Positions 7,736 to 17,573 of a stretch of 32,913 nt of DNA are shown here, one piece after another (position 1 is the first letter of the stretch; the number at the start of each line of letters is the position of its first letter). The DNA is from Candidatus Scybalomonas excrementavium (GTDB lineage Bacteria > Bacillota > Clostridia > Lachnospirales > Lachnospiraceae). A program made the position numbers and the translations under genes. The notes beneath the pieces are model-generated. The model saw only the letters and a list, made by a program, of their open reading frames with translations. It did not search any database and was not told the DNA's origin. Where the stretch lies: NCBI GenBank assembly GCA_017694765.1, contig JADIML010000169.1, positions 1 through 32,913 on the forward strand, given 5' to 3'.

Positions 7736-9547
7736 ATGTTATATTCAATAGCGACTCCATCTCGTTTATTGATGGATTTAAGTGGTGTATGGAAGTTTAA
7801 ACTCGATCATGGACAAGGATTTGAACAGGAGTGGTATACAAGTCCATTACAAGATGCGATGACAATGCCTGTACCTGCTTCTTATAATGATTTAAAAGAA
7901 GGGAAAGATTTTAGAGATCATTATGGATGGGTATTTTATCAGAGAAATCTTTCAGTTCCTGCCTTTGCAAGAACGCAAAGAGTTATGCTTCGTATGGATG
8001 CCGTAACACACCATGCAAAAGTTTATTTAAATGGAGAATTGATTTGTGAACATACAGGAGGTTTTCTTCCTTTTGAAATAGAAATTACAGATAAGCTAAC
8101 AGATGGAAATGATTTATTAACCATTGCAGTTAGTAATATCATTGATTATACAACACTGCCTGTTGGTGGAAAGTCTAATATGTTAGGTGGTTCTCTTGGA
8201 ATGGACGATACAAGTGATGCACCAGTAAAACCACAAAATAATCCAAACTTTGACTTCTTTAACTACTGTGGTATTACACGTCCTGTTAAAATTTATACAA
8301 CACCAAAAGAATATATTGAAGATATTACACTTGTTTCAGAAGTAAATGGAACAAATGCTGATATTATCTATTCTGTTGATACTGTTGGTGAAGGTAGATG
8401 TATCGTAGAAATGTTTGATAAAGAAGGCAATTTAGTTGCAAAGAGCGAAGGAAAAAATGGTGTATTAAAAGTAGAAAATGTTCACCTATGGCAGCCATTA
8501 AATGCCTATCTTTATGATGTAAAGGTAACATTTAAAGATGATGTTTACACTCTTCCATATGGTGTTCGAACTGTTCGTGTTGATGGACATCGTTTCTTAA
8601 TTAATGAAAAACCATTTTATTTTAAAGGATATGGAAAACATGAAGATACATTCCCACATGGACGTGGAATGAACTTACCAATGAATACAAAAGATATTTC
8701 CATTATGAAATGGCAAGGTGCAAATAGTTTCCGTACAAGCCATTATCCATATAGTGAAGAAATGATGAGACTTTGTGATGAAGAAGGTATTGTTGTAATC
8801 GATGAAACAACAGCAGTTGGTGTCAACTTAGAGTTTGGTGGTGGAGCGAATTTTAACGGCCAAAAGATTTCTACTTTCGATAAAGAACATGGAGTACAAA
8901 CACAAGAACATCATAAAGAAGTGATTCGTGATTTAATTGCAAGAGATAAAAACCATGCTTGTGTTGTTATGTGGAGTATTGCAAATGAGCCAGATTCAGC
9001 AGCAGAAGGAGCTTATGAATACTTTAAGCCACTTTATGATTTAGCAAGAGAGTTAGATCCACAAAAACGCCCTTGTACATTAGTTAGTGTTCAGCTTGCA
9101 CCACCAGAAAAAGATTGTACAAGAGAATTAAGTGATGTTATTTGTTTAAACCGTTACTTTGGATGGTATACGCAGACAGCAGATTTAGAAAGAGGAGAAG
9201 CAGCACTTCGTAAAGAGTTAGAAATCTGGAAAGCTCTTGGAAAACCAGTTGTATTTACCGAATATGGTGCAGATACAGTTATGGGACTCCATGATACAAC
9301 TTCTGTTCTTTATACAGAAGAATATCAAGTAGAGTATTATGAAATGTATCATAAAGTTTTTGATGAGTATGATATTGTTGCAGGAGAACAAGTATGGAAT
9401 TTTGCAGATTTTGCAACCAGTCAAAGTCTTCTTCGTGTACAAGGCAATAAAAAAGGATTGTTCACAAGAGATCGTAAGCCAAAGTTAGCAGCACATTACT
9501 TTAAACATAGATGGCATCAAATTCCTGATTTTGATTATAAAAAATAA
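7736..9547 (+). CDS. uidA: Beta-glucuronidase (GH2), with a long loop at the Loop-1 position
   Basis: Collinear with E. coli GusA as I recall it: DAVTHHAKVYLNG, FDFFNY, SHYPYSEEM, acid/base WSIANEP (E418), nucleophile FTEYGAD (E509), and the glucuronate-specific N-K motif GNKKGLFTRDRKPK (N571/K573). AGGAGG RBS. Confidence 0.93.
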   Translation: MLYSIATPSRLLMDLSGVWKFKLDHGQGFEQEWYTSPLQDAMTMPVPASYNDLKEGKDFRDHYGWVFYQRNLSVPAFARTQRVMLRMDAVTHHAKVYLNGELICEHTGGFLPFEIEITDKLTDGNDLLTIAVSNIIDYTTLPVGGKSNMLGGSLGMDDTSDAPVKPQNNPNFDFFNYCGITRPVKIYTTPKEYIEDITLVSEVNGTNADIIYSVDTVGEGRCIVEMFDKEGNLVAKSEGKNGVLKVENVHLWQPLNAYLYDVKVTFKDDVYTLPYGVRTVRVDGHRFLINEKPFYFKGYGKHEDTFPHGRGMNLPMNTKDISIMKWQGANSFRTSHYPYSEEMMRLCDEEGIVVIDETTAVGVNLEFGGGANFNGQKISTFDKEHGVQTQEHHKEVIRDLIARDKNHACVVMWSIANEPDSAAEGAYEYFKPLYDLARELDPQKRPCTLVSVQLAPPEKDCTRELSDVICLNRYFGWYTQTADLERGEAALRKELEIWKALGKPVVFTEYGADTVMGLHDTTSVLYTEEYQVEYYEMYHKVFDEYDIVAGEQVWNFADFATSQSLLRVQGNKKGLFTRDRKPKLAAHYFKHRWHQIPDFDYKK

Positions 9548-9622
9548 TTTATATTTCCAGATAGTATATATGATAAAAGGGAAAAGAGTCATAACGATGC
9601 AGGAATTTTAGGAGGAGAAAAG

Positions 9623-10567
9623 ATGGCATCAGAAGTTATTTTGTTTGGAGAGCCAATGGCTTTATTTGTTGCAAGAGAGGAAGGAAGTCTATCAGAAGCG
9701 ACACAATTTACAAGAATGTTAGCAGGAGCAGAAGTAAATGTGGCGATTGGTCTTACAAGACTTGGGTATGATGTAACATATGCGACACGTTTGGGTATGG
9801 ATCCATTTGGAGATTATATTGAGCGAAAGTTAGAATTAGAAGGAATCCATACGGAAATTATTCGAGATAAAGAACGTCCTACTGGCTTTCAGTGGAAGAA
9901 TCACGTGAGAAAGGGAGATCCTGCAACCTATTATTTAAGAAAAAATAGTGCAGCTTCTTGTATCACAGAAGAAGATGTTGATTCGATTGACTTTACAGGG
10001 GCAAGACTTTTGCATATTACAGGGATTTTGCCAGCTCTTTCATTAAATAGTAGAAATGCTGTATATCGCATTATTGAAAAAGCACGAAAAGAAGGGATGA
10101 TAATCTCTTTTGATCCAAACTTAAGAGAATGTCTTTGGGAAAGTAGAAGTGCTATGATTCGTACCATTAATGATTTAGCATCCAAGGCAGATATTGTTTT
10201 GCCGGGAATTCAAGAAGGTAATATTTTAATGGGAAGTAAAGACCCAGAAGAAATTGCGAAATTTTATCAAGAGTTAGGAGCTAAAATCGTTGTTGTAAAA
10301 CTTGGCGATAAAGGTGCTTATGCAAGAAGTGAGACAGAAGAAGGATATTTTGAAGGCTATCCAATTAAAGAAGTAATCGATACCGTTGGTGCTGGTGATG
10401 GGTTTGCAGTTGGCGTTTTAAGTGGAGTACTAGAAGGAGTTTCTCTAAAGGAAATGGCAAATCGTGGGAATGCAATTGGTGCGATGCAAGTTATGGTAAG
10501 CAGCGATAACGAAGATCTTCCAACAAGAGAAGAATTAGAGCGTTTTCAGAAGGAAGGGCATCGTTAA
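9623..10567 (+). CDS. kdgK: 2-dehydro-3-deoxygluconokinase (PfkB family)
   Basis: PfkB signatures GGAEVNVAIGLTRLG and DTVGAGDGFAVG. AGGAGG RBS. No terminator between it and uidA. Confidence 0.85.
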   Translation: MASEVILFGEPMALFVAREEGSLSEATQFTRMLAGAEVNVAIGLTRLGYDVTYATRLGMDPFGDYIERKLELEGIHTEIIRDKERPTGFQWKNHVRKGDPATYYLRKNSAASCITEEDVDSIDFTGARLLHITGILPALSLNSRNAVYRIIEKARKEGMIISFDPNLRECLWESRSAMIRTINDLASKADIVLPGIQEGNILMGSKDPEEIAKFYQELGAKIVVVKLGDKGAYARSETEEGYFEGYPIKEVIDTVGAGDGFAVGVLSGVLEGVSLKEMANRGNAIGAMQVMVSSDNEDLPTREELERFQKEGHR

Positions 10568-10612
10568 ACGACATACAAATTATCCCTTTTTTCTACAATT
10601 TTCTTAGAAATA

Positions 10613-10621
10613 TGATATAAT
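10613..10621 (+). promoter_or_regulatory. Extended -10 element TGATATAAT, candidate promoter of the GntR-family gene
   Basis: TGnTATAAT read directly from the sequence, about 85 nt upstream of the ATG at 10705. No good -35. Confidence 0.45.
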
Positions 10622-10704
10622 GAAGTGACAAAGAAATTCATGAATTTATATTTATATAGAATGATTTGATTTTGGAAAAAGAGAGTAGGAATAGGGAGTA
10701 CAAT

Positions 10705-11460
10705 ATGACAAGTCTAAAAGAGAGTAAAAGTTTAAAGAAAATGAAGCAGGAGGGGCTTCATTTGAAGAGAAAGACATCAGAAATTGTATATCAATCGTTA
10801 AGAAGAGATATTCTTAACCTGACTTTACCACCGGGAAGTGCCATTAGTGAAATTGAAACAGCAACGAAATATAATGTTTCAAGAACTCCTGTAAGAGATG
10901 CGTTTCGAGCGCTGGAAAGTGAAGGATTACTAGAAGTAAGACCACATATTGGAACGTTTGTATCGCAAATTGATCTAAATAAAGTTTCTGATATGATTTT
11001 TATGAGAGAATCATTAGAACAGACGGTAGTAAAACTTCTAGCCAATTCATGTACCCAATCACAACTTTTAAAAATTCGTCTTTTGTTAAAAGAACAGGAA
11101 AATCTTTTGGCAAATAGTGATTCGCTTTCGCCAGAAGAATATGCACTTCTTGGAAATGAGTTTTTAGAAATGGATAATGAATTTCATTCTACACTGTTTA
11201 AGCTAGCAGGTAAAAGCAGTGTATGGAAGTTTATGACACTTTATAGTGTACATTATGATAGATTCCGGATTTTAATTAACTGGAGTGAGAATCAGATGCT
11301 TCCAACCTTATATCAACAACATTGTGAACTTGTGGAATTGATTGCTTCAAAAGATGTGGAACGATTAGAATCGTTAATTTCTGTACATTTAAATAGTGGC
11401 TTTGCAAGTAATGCAGAAGTTCTTTTGAATAATGCTAGTTACTTCACAGAAGAAGAATAG
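10705..11460 (+). CDS. GntR-family transcriptional regulator, FadR/FCD subfamily (UxuR/ExuR-like candidate)
   Basis: Winged HTH: EIVYQSLRRDILNLTLPPGSAISEIETATKYNVSRTPVRDAFRALESEGLLEVRPHIGTFV. This is followed by a helical C-terminal domain of FCD type. Start chosen at ATG 10705 after GGGAG; the ORF-track start at 10666 is a TTG without an RBS, and 10741 is an alternative. Confidence 0.82.
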   Translation: MTSLKESKSLKKMKQEGLHLKRKTSEIVYQSLRRDILNLTLPPGSAISEIETATKYNVSRTPVRDAFRALESEGLLEVRPHIGTFVSQIDLNKVSDMIFMRESLEQTVVKLLANSCTQSQLLKIRLLLKEQENLLANSDSLSPEEYALLGNEFLEMDNEFHSTLFKLAGKSSVWKFMTLYSVHYDRFRILINWSENQMLPTLYQQHCELVELIASKDVERLESLISVHLNSGFASNAEVLLNNASYFTEEE

Positions 11461-11465
11461 AAAAT

Positions 11466-11475
11466 CTGTATACAA
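11466..11475. promoter_or_regulatory. Operator-like site CTGTATACAA (9/10) immediately after the GntR-gene stop codon
   Basis: Read directly from the sequence. Abuts the terminator stem. Confidence 0.4.
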
Positions 11476-11476
11476 G

Positions 11477-11524
11477 GGGAACTAATTTTCGAAATAGTAA
11501 GTTAGAAAATTAGTTCCCTTTTAT
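11477..11524 (+). terminator. Intrinsic terminator of the GntR-family gene
   Basis: GGGAACTAATTTT-16 nt-AAAATTAGTTCCC (13-bp stem) followed by TTTTATTGTTTT. Confidence 0.85.
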
Positions 11525-11580
11525 TGTTTTTGGTATTGTAGATGTTTCTTGAAGCATACATACCATATATAATATCTAAA

Positions 11581-11590
11581 TTGTATACAA
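11581..11590. promoter_or_regulatory. Perfect 10-bp palindrome TTGTATACAA (distal operator candidate, about 190 nt upstream of the transporter promoter)
   Basis: Exact match, intergenic. Confidence 0.5.
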
Positions 11591-11767
11591 GTTTTTGATG
11601 AGAAAACTAGAATGTGTATGGATATAAGACGATTTTTGTAGAAAAATAGAGAAAGATAGGGGATATTTTCTTGTATTCCATTCAGAAAAAATAAAAAAGA
11701 AAATTGTTAAAATGCACAAAAAATTCATTGAAAAACTATGAAAAAATAACGAAAAAAATGTCTGGTA

Positions 11768-11796
11768 TTGACACTTGTATACAAGTGGTATATAGT
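11768..11796 (+). promoter_or_regulatory. Transporter/uxu operon promoter TTGACA-17 nt-TATAGT with the perfect operator CTTGTATACAAG (11774-11785) in the spacer
   Basis: Consensus -35, 17-nt spacer, near-consensus -10. An A-rich tract lies upstream. Confidence 0.75.
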
Positions 11797-11879
11797 TAAA
11801 ACATCAAAGGAAAAGCAATTCTGTTTTTCTTTTAATAGTGCTTCATAATCACAAAAAGAAATGGAGGAGAAAAGGAATT

Positions 11880-13280
11880 ATGAGTACAAAAACAAGTACA
11901 AAACCTTTCGGTATCAAAGATAAGTTCGGATACATGATGGGGGACATTGCAAATGACTTTATGTTTATGTTTGCAAGTGGATATTTAATGGTATTTTATA
12001 CTAAAGTATTAGGTGTAAGTGCCGCCCTTGTTGGAACATTATTTTTAGTTTCAAGAATTGTGGATGCTTTCACTGATATCGGAATGGGTGTTATCGTTGA
12101 TAGCGTCAAACCAGCAAAAGATGGTCGTTTCCGTTCTTGGATTCGCCGTATGTGTATACCAGTAACATTAGCAAGTTTCTTAATGTATCAAACAAGTCTT
12201 GCCGATGCATCTTTAACAGTGAAGACAGTCTATATGTTCGTGACATATATTCTTTGGGGATCTATTTGCTATACAGCGATTAATATTCCTTATGGTTCTA
12301 TGGCAGCTGCTATTTCAGCAGATCCAAAAGATAGAGCATCTTTATCTACATGGCGTTCAGTAGGAGCTCAGATTGCATCTACTGTAATCAATGCAGCAGT
12401 GCCAATGCTTATCTATCATGCAAATGCAGATGGAAATCAGGTCGTTAATAAAGGAATGTTCCCAAAAATTGCAGGTGTTTTTGCAATTTGTGCAGTTATC
12501 TGCTATATCATCTGTTATAAATTTACAACAGAGCGTGTTCAAGTTGCACCAAAAGAAAAAGCAGCAACAAAGAGCAATACAAATATCGTAGCAACTCTTT
12601 TCTCAAGTCGTGCGCTTATTGCTTTAATTTTAGCAGCAATTTTCTTAGTATTTGGAACAATTTTAGCAAGTAGCTTAAATGCTTACTTATATGCAGATTA
12701 TTTTAAAAATCCAGGTGCATTATCTACTTATAACTCATTAATGTTAATTGTAACACTTGGTCTTTCCCCATTTGTTGTAGTACTTTCTATGAAATTTGGT
12801 AAGAAAGAAACAGCAGTTGTAGGAACATTATTTACAGGTCTTGTTTATGTGTTATTATGTGTGTTACGTGTACAAAATCCATGGGTATACGTTGGAATTA
12901 GCTTTGTAGGTGCATTTGGTTATATGTACTTCCAGATGGCTGTATGGGCATTCTTAACAGACGTGCTTGATGATAGTGAAGTTCGTACACACAAACGTGA
13001 TGATGGTACTATCTATGGAGTATATTCTTTCGCAAGAAAACTTGGACAGGCATTAGCTGGTGGTCTAGGTGGATTTGCTTTAACAGCAATCGGATATGCA
13101 GAAAAAGCAGAAGTGCAGACAGAAGCAGTTAAAAATAGCCTATATACAGTAACAACATTAGGACAAGGTTCTGCTTATATTATTGTAGCACTTATCTTAT
13201 TATTCATTTATCCATTAAGCAAAAAGAAAATTAATGATAATACAAGAATTTTACAAGAGCGTCGTGAAAGCGCTAACTAA
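11880..13280 (+). CDS. Glycoside-pentoside-hexuronide (GPH) family cation symporter, candidate glucuronide importer
   Basis: About 12 hydrophobic segments. GPH-type N-terminus: KFGYMMGDIANDFMFMFASGYLMVFYTKVLG...LFLVSRIVDAFTDIGMG. Start at ATG 11880 after GGAGGAGAAAAGG; the ORF-track start at 11838 is a GTG. Confidence 0.82.
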   Translation: MSTKTSTKPFGIKDKFGYMMGDIANDFMFMFASGYLMVFYTKVLGVSAALVGTLFLVSRIVDAFTDIGMGVIVDSVKPAKDGRFRSWIRRMCIPVTLASFLMYQTSLADASLTVKTVYMFVTYILWGSICYTAINIPYGSMAAAISADPKDRASLSTWRSVGAQIASTVINAAVPMLIYHANADGNQVVNKGMFPKIAGVFAICAVICYIICYKFTTERVQVAPKEKAATKSNTNIVATLFSSRALIALILAAIFLVFGTILASSLNAYLYADYFKNPGALSTYNSLMLIVTLGLSPFVVVLSMKFGKKETAVVGTLFTGLVYVLLCVLRVQNPWVYVGISFVGAFGYMYFQMAVWAFLTDVLDDSEVRTHKRDDGTIYGVYSFARKLGQALAGGLGGFALTAIGYAEKAEVQTEAVKNSLYTVTTLGQGSAYIIVALILLFIYPLSKKKINDNTRILQERRESAN

Positions 13281-13579
13281 TCAAATAGACAGAAATTAAA
13301 TGAATGACATTGCTGCCCTTTTAGAATGGAACATGATAGTTTACTGGAAAAAGGGTGGCAGTGTTCACGTTATATAAAGGGATAGAAACTACTGTTCGTT
13401 TGAGTTAAAATAAGAATAAAGGAGACATACGCAGATAAGAGATGAGATTCAAGAGATATATTTGAACTTGGATTTGATTTGTTATCTGTGAAAAAGAATA
13501 GAAGTATTCTTTGTAATCGTCAGATAAAAGATTCATTAATGGTGTTAATATTTTATTTATAAGGAAAAAGGAGAATCAT

Positions 13580-14647
13580 ATGAGCGAAATGAAATTATCT
13601 TTCCGTTGGTACGGAGAAGACGACAAAGTTACATTAGAAAATATTAGACAGATTCCAGGAATGCACTCCATCGTAACAGCAGTATACGATGTACCAGTTG
13701 GAGAAGTTTGGCCAGAAGAATCTATCGCTAAATTAAAAAATTTAGTAGAGTCAAACGGACTTCACTTTGATGTAATTGAAAGTATTCCAGTACATGAAGA
13801 TATCAAACTTGGAAAACCTTCAAGAGATCGTTACATTGAAAACTACTGTGAAAACATTAGAAGAGTAGCAAAAGCTGGTGTAAAATGTATTTGCTATAAC
13901 TTCATGCCAGTATTTGACTGGACAAGAACACAGCTTGATCACAAATTAGAAGATGGTTCTACAACACTTGTATACTATCAGGAACAAGTAGATGTAGTAA
14001 ATCCTTTACAAAGTGATAGTGATTTAACACTTCCAGGATGGGATTCAAGCTACACAAGAGAAGAATTAAAAGATATCGTAGCAGAATATCATAACTTAAC
14101 AGAAGATGATTTATGGAACAACTTACAGTACTTCCTTGAAAAAATCATTCCTGTTGCAGCAGAATGTGATGTAAACATGGCAATTCATGAAGACGATCCA
14201 TGTTGGAGCATCTTTGGACTTCCAAGAATCATCACTTGTGAAGAAAACTTAGATCGTTTCTTAAAATTAGTAGATGACAAACATAACGGAATTACACTTT
14301 GTGCAGGTTCTCTTGGATGTTCTAACCAAAATGACGTAGCAGAAATGGCAGCAAAATATGCAGCTATGGGAAGAATTCACTTCGTACACATGAGAAACGT
14401 TAAAATTTTAGAAAACGGTTTCGAAGAAAGTGCACACCTTTCTAAATGTGGAAGCCTTGACATGTATGAAATTACAAAAGCATTACATGACAATGGATTT
14501 ACTGGATATATTCGTCCAGACCACGGAAGAATGATCTGGGGTGAAACAGGACGTGCTGGATATGGTCTTTATGACCGTGCTCTTGGAGCAACTTATATCA
14601 ACGGACTTTGGGAAGCAGTTGAAAAGAGTGCAAAAGACAGAAAATAA
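13580..14647 (+). CDS. uxuA: Mannonate dehydratase
   Basis: Canonical N-terminus [23 protein letters not shown], then [11 protein letters not shown] and IRPDHGR. AAGGAG RBS. Confidence 0.92.
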   Translation: MSEMKLSFRWYGEDDKVTLENIRQIPGMHSIVTAVYDVPVGEVWPEESIAKLKNLVESNGLHFDVIESIPVHEDIKLGKPSRDRYIENYCENIRRVAKAGVKCICYNFMPVFDWTRTQLDHKLEDGSTTLVYYQEQVDVVNPLQSDSDLTLPGWDSSYTREELKDIVAEYHNLTEDDLWNNLQYFLEKIIPVAAECDVNMAIHEDDPCWSIFGLPRIITCEENLDRFLKLVDDKHNGITLCAGSLGCSNQNDVAEMAAKYAAMGRIHFVHMRNVKILENGFEESAHLSKCGSLDMYEITKALHDNGFTGYIRPDHGRMIWGETGRAGYGLYDRALGATYINGLWEAVEKSAKDRK

Positions 14648-14700
14648 TTTTATAATAAAGTTAGCAAATTATTTGTAAAAAATTAAGGAGGAATTTAGAG

Positions 14701-15549
14701 ATGAAATTACCAATTCAAACAGATTTAAACGGAAAAGTAGCAGTTGTAACAGGTGCAGGTGGAGTTCTTTGCTCTATGATGGCTCACGCATTAGCAACAG
14801 CAGGAGCTAAAGTTGCTCTTCTTGATTTAAATGAAGAAGCTGCTCAAGCTTATGCAGATGAAATCGTAAAAGAAGGATATGTTGCAAAAGGATATAAAGC
14901 AAACGTATTAGATAAAGAAAGTTTAAAAGAAGCACATGATAAAATTCTTGCTGATTTTGGAACATGTGATATCTTAATCAATGGTGCAGGTGGAAATAAC
15001 CCAAGAGCAACAACAGATAAAGAATACTTTGAAGCTGGGGATATCGATGCTGATACAAAATCTTTCTTTGATTTAGAACAAAGTGGTGTTGAATTTGTAT
15101 TTAACTTAAACTTCATCGGAACACTTCTTCCAACACAAGAATTTGCAAAAGACATGGTAGAAAAAGAAGGATGTAACATTATTAACATTTCTTCTATGAA
15201 CGCTTACACACCACTTACAAAAATTCCTGCTTACAGTGGAGCAAAAGCTGCTATTAGCAACTTCACACAGTGGTTAGCAGTTCACTTTGCAGGAACAGGA
15301 ATTCGCGTAAATGCAATTGCACCAGGATTCTTCGTAACAAAGCAGAACGAAAAATTATTATATAATGAAGATGGAACACCAACAGCTAGAACAGGAAAAA
15401 TCTTAGCAGCTACACCAATGAAACGTTTTGGTGCTGCAGAAGAACTTCTTGGAAGTTTATTATTCTTAGTAAACAACGATGCAGCTGGATTTATTACAGG
15501 TGTTGTAATTCCAATCGATGGTGGATTCTCTGCTTACTCAGGAGTTTAA
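14701..15549 (+). CDS. uxuB: Short-chain dehydrogenase/reductase, candidate D-mannonate (fructuronate) oxidoreductase
   Basis: SDR motifs VVTGAGGVLC, NGAG, and the catalytic YSGAK. Adjacent to uxuA, as with the SDR-type UxuB of Bacilli. Substrate is inferred from context only. Confidence 0.72.
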   Translation: MKLPIQTDLNGKVAVVTGAGGVLCSMMAHALATAGAKVALLDLNEEAAQAYADEIVKEGYVAKGYKANVLDKESLKEAHDKILADFGTCDILINGAGGNNPRATTDKEYFEAGDIDADTKSFFDLEQSGVEFVFNLNFIGTLLPTQEFAKDMVEKEGCNIINISSMNAYTPLTKIPAYSGAKAAISNFTQWLAVHFAGTGIRVNAIAPGFFVTKQNEKLLYNEDGTPTARTGKILAATPMKRFGAAEELLGSLLFLVNNDAAGFITGVVIPIDGGFSAYSGV

Positions 15550-15572
15550 TGAATCAATAATTTATGTTAGAA

Positions 15573-15631
15573 CCATACGAACACTTCTATTATCCTTGTA
15601 GAAAAGGATGAAAGTGAAGTGTTTCGTATGG
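15573..15631 (+). terminator. Long hairpin after uxuB (weak terminator or processing/attenuation site)
   Basis: CCATACGAACACTTC ... GAAGTGTTTCGTATGG with an inner ATCCTT/AAGGAT stem. Only a short T-containing tail follows (GATCTTTC). Confidence 0.4.
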
Positions 15632-15743
15632 ATCTTTCATATCAAAAGAGCATAGGATAAAGTATCTCACGATAGAAAATGGGCGTGAAATTAAAAAAGA
15701 AAATTGTGAGAAGATAATGTTATGATTAGAAAGGATTGTTAAA

Positions 15744-17516
15744 ATGGCAAGAGTAGATTTAAAAGCAAAACCATATTACTTAGATGATGAAGCAATTAAA
15801 TGGGTAAAAGATACGATTGATTCTATGACAATTGAAGAAAAGATCGGACAGCTTTTCGTAAACATGGGTTCTTCAAGAACAGAAGAATATTTAACAGATG
15901 TTGTAACAAAATATAAATTTGGTGCTGTTCGTTATAATCCGGGTACAGCAAAAGAAGTATATGATCAGAACCGTATTTTACAAAAAGTATCTAAAATCCC
16001 AATGCTTATTGCAGCAAATACAGAAGCTGGTGGAAATGGTGCTTGTACAGATGGTACAGAAATTGGTTTAGAAGTAAAAGTTGGTGCTACAAATGATGTG
16101 AAATACGCGTATGAAATGGGACGTGTTTCTGGGATTGAAGCAGCAGCAGTTGGATGTAACTGGTCTTTTGCACCAATCGTAGATATTAACCGTAACTGGA
16201 GAAATCCAATTATCTCTAACCGTACATTCGGTGATGATCCTGATCGTGTTTTAGAATTTTCTAAAGCATATATGAAAGGTTTCATGGAAAGCAACATGGT
16301 TTGTGCAATGAAACATTTCCCAGGAGATGGAATTGATGAAAGAGATCAACATTTAAGCAATTCGGTAAACACATACTCTTGTGAAGAATGGGATGAAACA
16401 TTTGGTAAAGTATACAAAGGTATGATCGATGCAGGTGTTCATACAGTTATGGCAGGTCATATTATGATGCCAGCTTACCAAAAATTCTTCAATCCTTCTA
16501 TGAAAGATGAAGAAACAATGCCAGCAACTCTTTGTAAAGAGTTAATTACTGACTTATTAAGAGGAAAATTAGGTTTCAACGGTATGGTTGTAACAGATGC
16601 TTCTCACATGGTTGGTTTAACAGCAATGATGAAGAGAAGTGATATTCTTCCTCATGCGATTGCAGCAGGATGTGATATGTTCTTATTCTTCAACGATCCA
16701 GATGAAGATTTCGAATATATGATGAACGGATACAAAAATGGTGTCATCACAGAAGAACGTCTTCAAGATGCATTAGAAAGAATCTTAGGTGTAAAAGCAT
16801 ACTTAGGACTTCACAAAAAAACACCAGAACAAATTACACCAGCAGAAGAAGGATTAAGTGTAATCGGTTCAGAAGAATTTAAAGAGATCGCAAAAGAAGT
16901 ATCTGATAAAGCGATCACATTAGTAAAAAATATCGGAGATTCTCCACTTCCACTTTCTACAGAAAAACACAAACGTGTTTTATTAGTTTCACAGGAAAAA
17001 GAAAGTGCATTTGCACTTATGGCTGGTGGAGCTGGAAAAAAAGAAAGTCATATTGATTATTTAAAGAAAAAGTTAGAAGCAGAAGGATTCGAGGTTACAA
17101 TTTACGAATCTGCAATCGATAAGATAGCAAAACTTCCAAAAGAAGAAGTTGGACAGGCTATGAAAAATATGTATGCTGGAAAAGCGCCTATTACTAACAT
17201 TACAGATAACTATGATTTAATTATCCAAGTTGCTTATGTAGATAGCTTATGTGCAACGGTACAGAGAATTGAGTGGAAATTAAGCAAAGGGACACCAGAT
17301 ATGCCTTGGTATGTGCATGAAATTCCAACAATCTTCATTTCTCTTTGCTGTCCATTCCACTTAGCAGATGTACCTCAAGTAAAAACTTATATCAATGCTT
17401 ATGATAAAAATGAACATACATTAGATGCACTTGTGGAAAAATTAGTGGGACGTTCTGAATTTAAAGGAATTGATCCTGTTGATTCCTTCTGTGGATTACC
17501 TGATACACGTTGGTAA
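15744..17516 (+). CDS. Glycoside hydrolase family 3 protein, no signal peptide (cytoplasmic)
   Basis: GH3 N-terminal domain motifs EEKIGQLF, KHFPGDG..ERDQH, and GFNGMVVTDA (nucleophile Asp region). The N-terminus is hydrophilic. Confidence 0.82.
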   Translation: MARVDLKAKPYYLDDEAIKWVKDTIDSMTIEEKIGQLFVNMGSSRTEEYLTDVVTKYKFGAVRYNPGTAKEVYDQNRILQKVSKIPMLIAANTEAGGNGACTDGTEIGLEVKVGATNDVKYAYEMGRVSGIEAAAVGCNWSFAPIVDINRNWRNPIISNRTFGDDPDRVLEFSKAYMKGFMESNMVCAMKHFPGDGIDERDQHLSNSVNTYSCEEWDETFGKVYKGMIDAGVHTVMAGHIMMPAYQKFFNPSMKDEETMPATLCKELITDLLRGKLGFNGMVVTDASHMVGLTAMMKRSDILPHAIAAGCDMFLFFNDPDEDFEYMMNGYKNGVITEERLQDALERILGVKAYLGLHKKTPEQITPAEEGLSVIGSEEFKEIAKEVSDKAITLVKNIGDSPLPLSTEKHKRVLLVSQEKESAFALMAGGAGKKESHIDYLKKKLEAEGFEVTIYESAIDKIAKLPKEEVGQAMKNMYAGKAPITNITDNYDLIIQVAYVDSLCATVQRIEWKLSKGTPDMPWYVHEIPTIFISLCCPFHLADVPQVKTYINAYDKNEHTLDALVEKLVGRSEFKGIDPVDSFCGLPDTRW

Positions 17517-17573
17517 TTTTTACTATAGTGTATCCTATTATTTGATAATAGAAGAGATTAGGAGATGAAAAAG

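Noticed and set aside
13308-13363. Hairpin after the transporter gene (CATTGCTGCCCTTTT ... AAAAGGGTGGCAGTG)
   Set aside because: The stem needs three G-U pairs, has a 25-nt loop, and is not followed by a U-tract. It is not a convincing terminator, so the transporter and uxuA are probably co-transcribed.
7832-13977. 9/10 matches to the TTGTATACAA operator inside coding sequence: uidA 7832-7841 and uxuA 13968-13977, plus an 8/10 match in GH3 at 16408-16417
   Set aside because: Imperfect matches are expected at some rate in AT-rich DNA, and these sit within ORFs. They are noted as a caveat to the regulon claim rather than called as sites.
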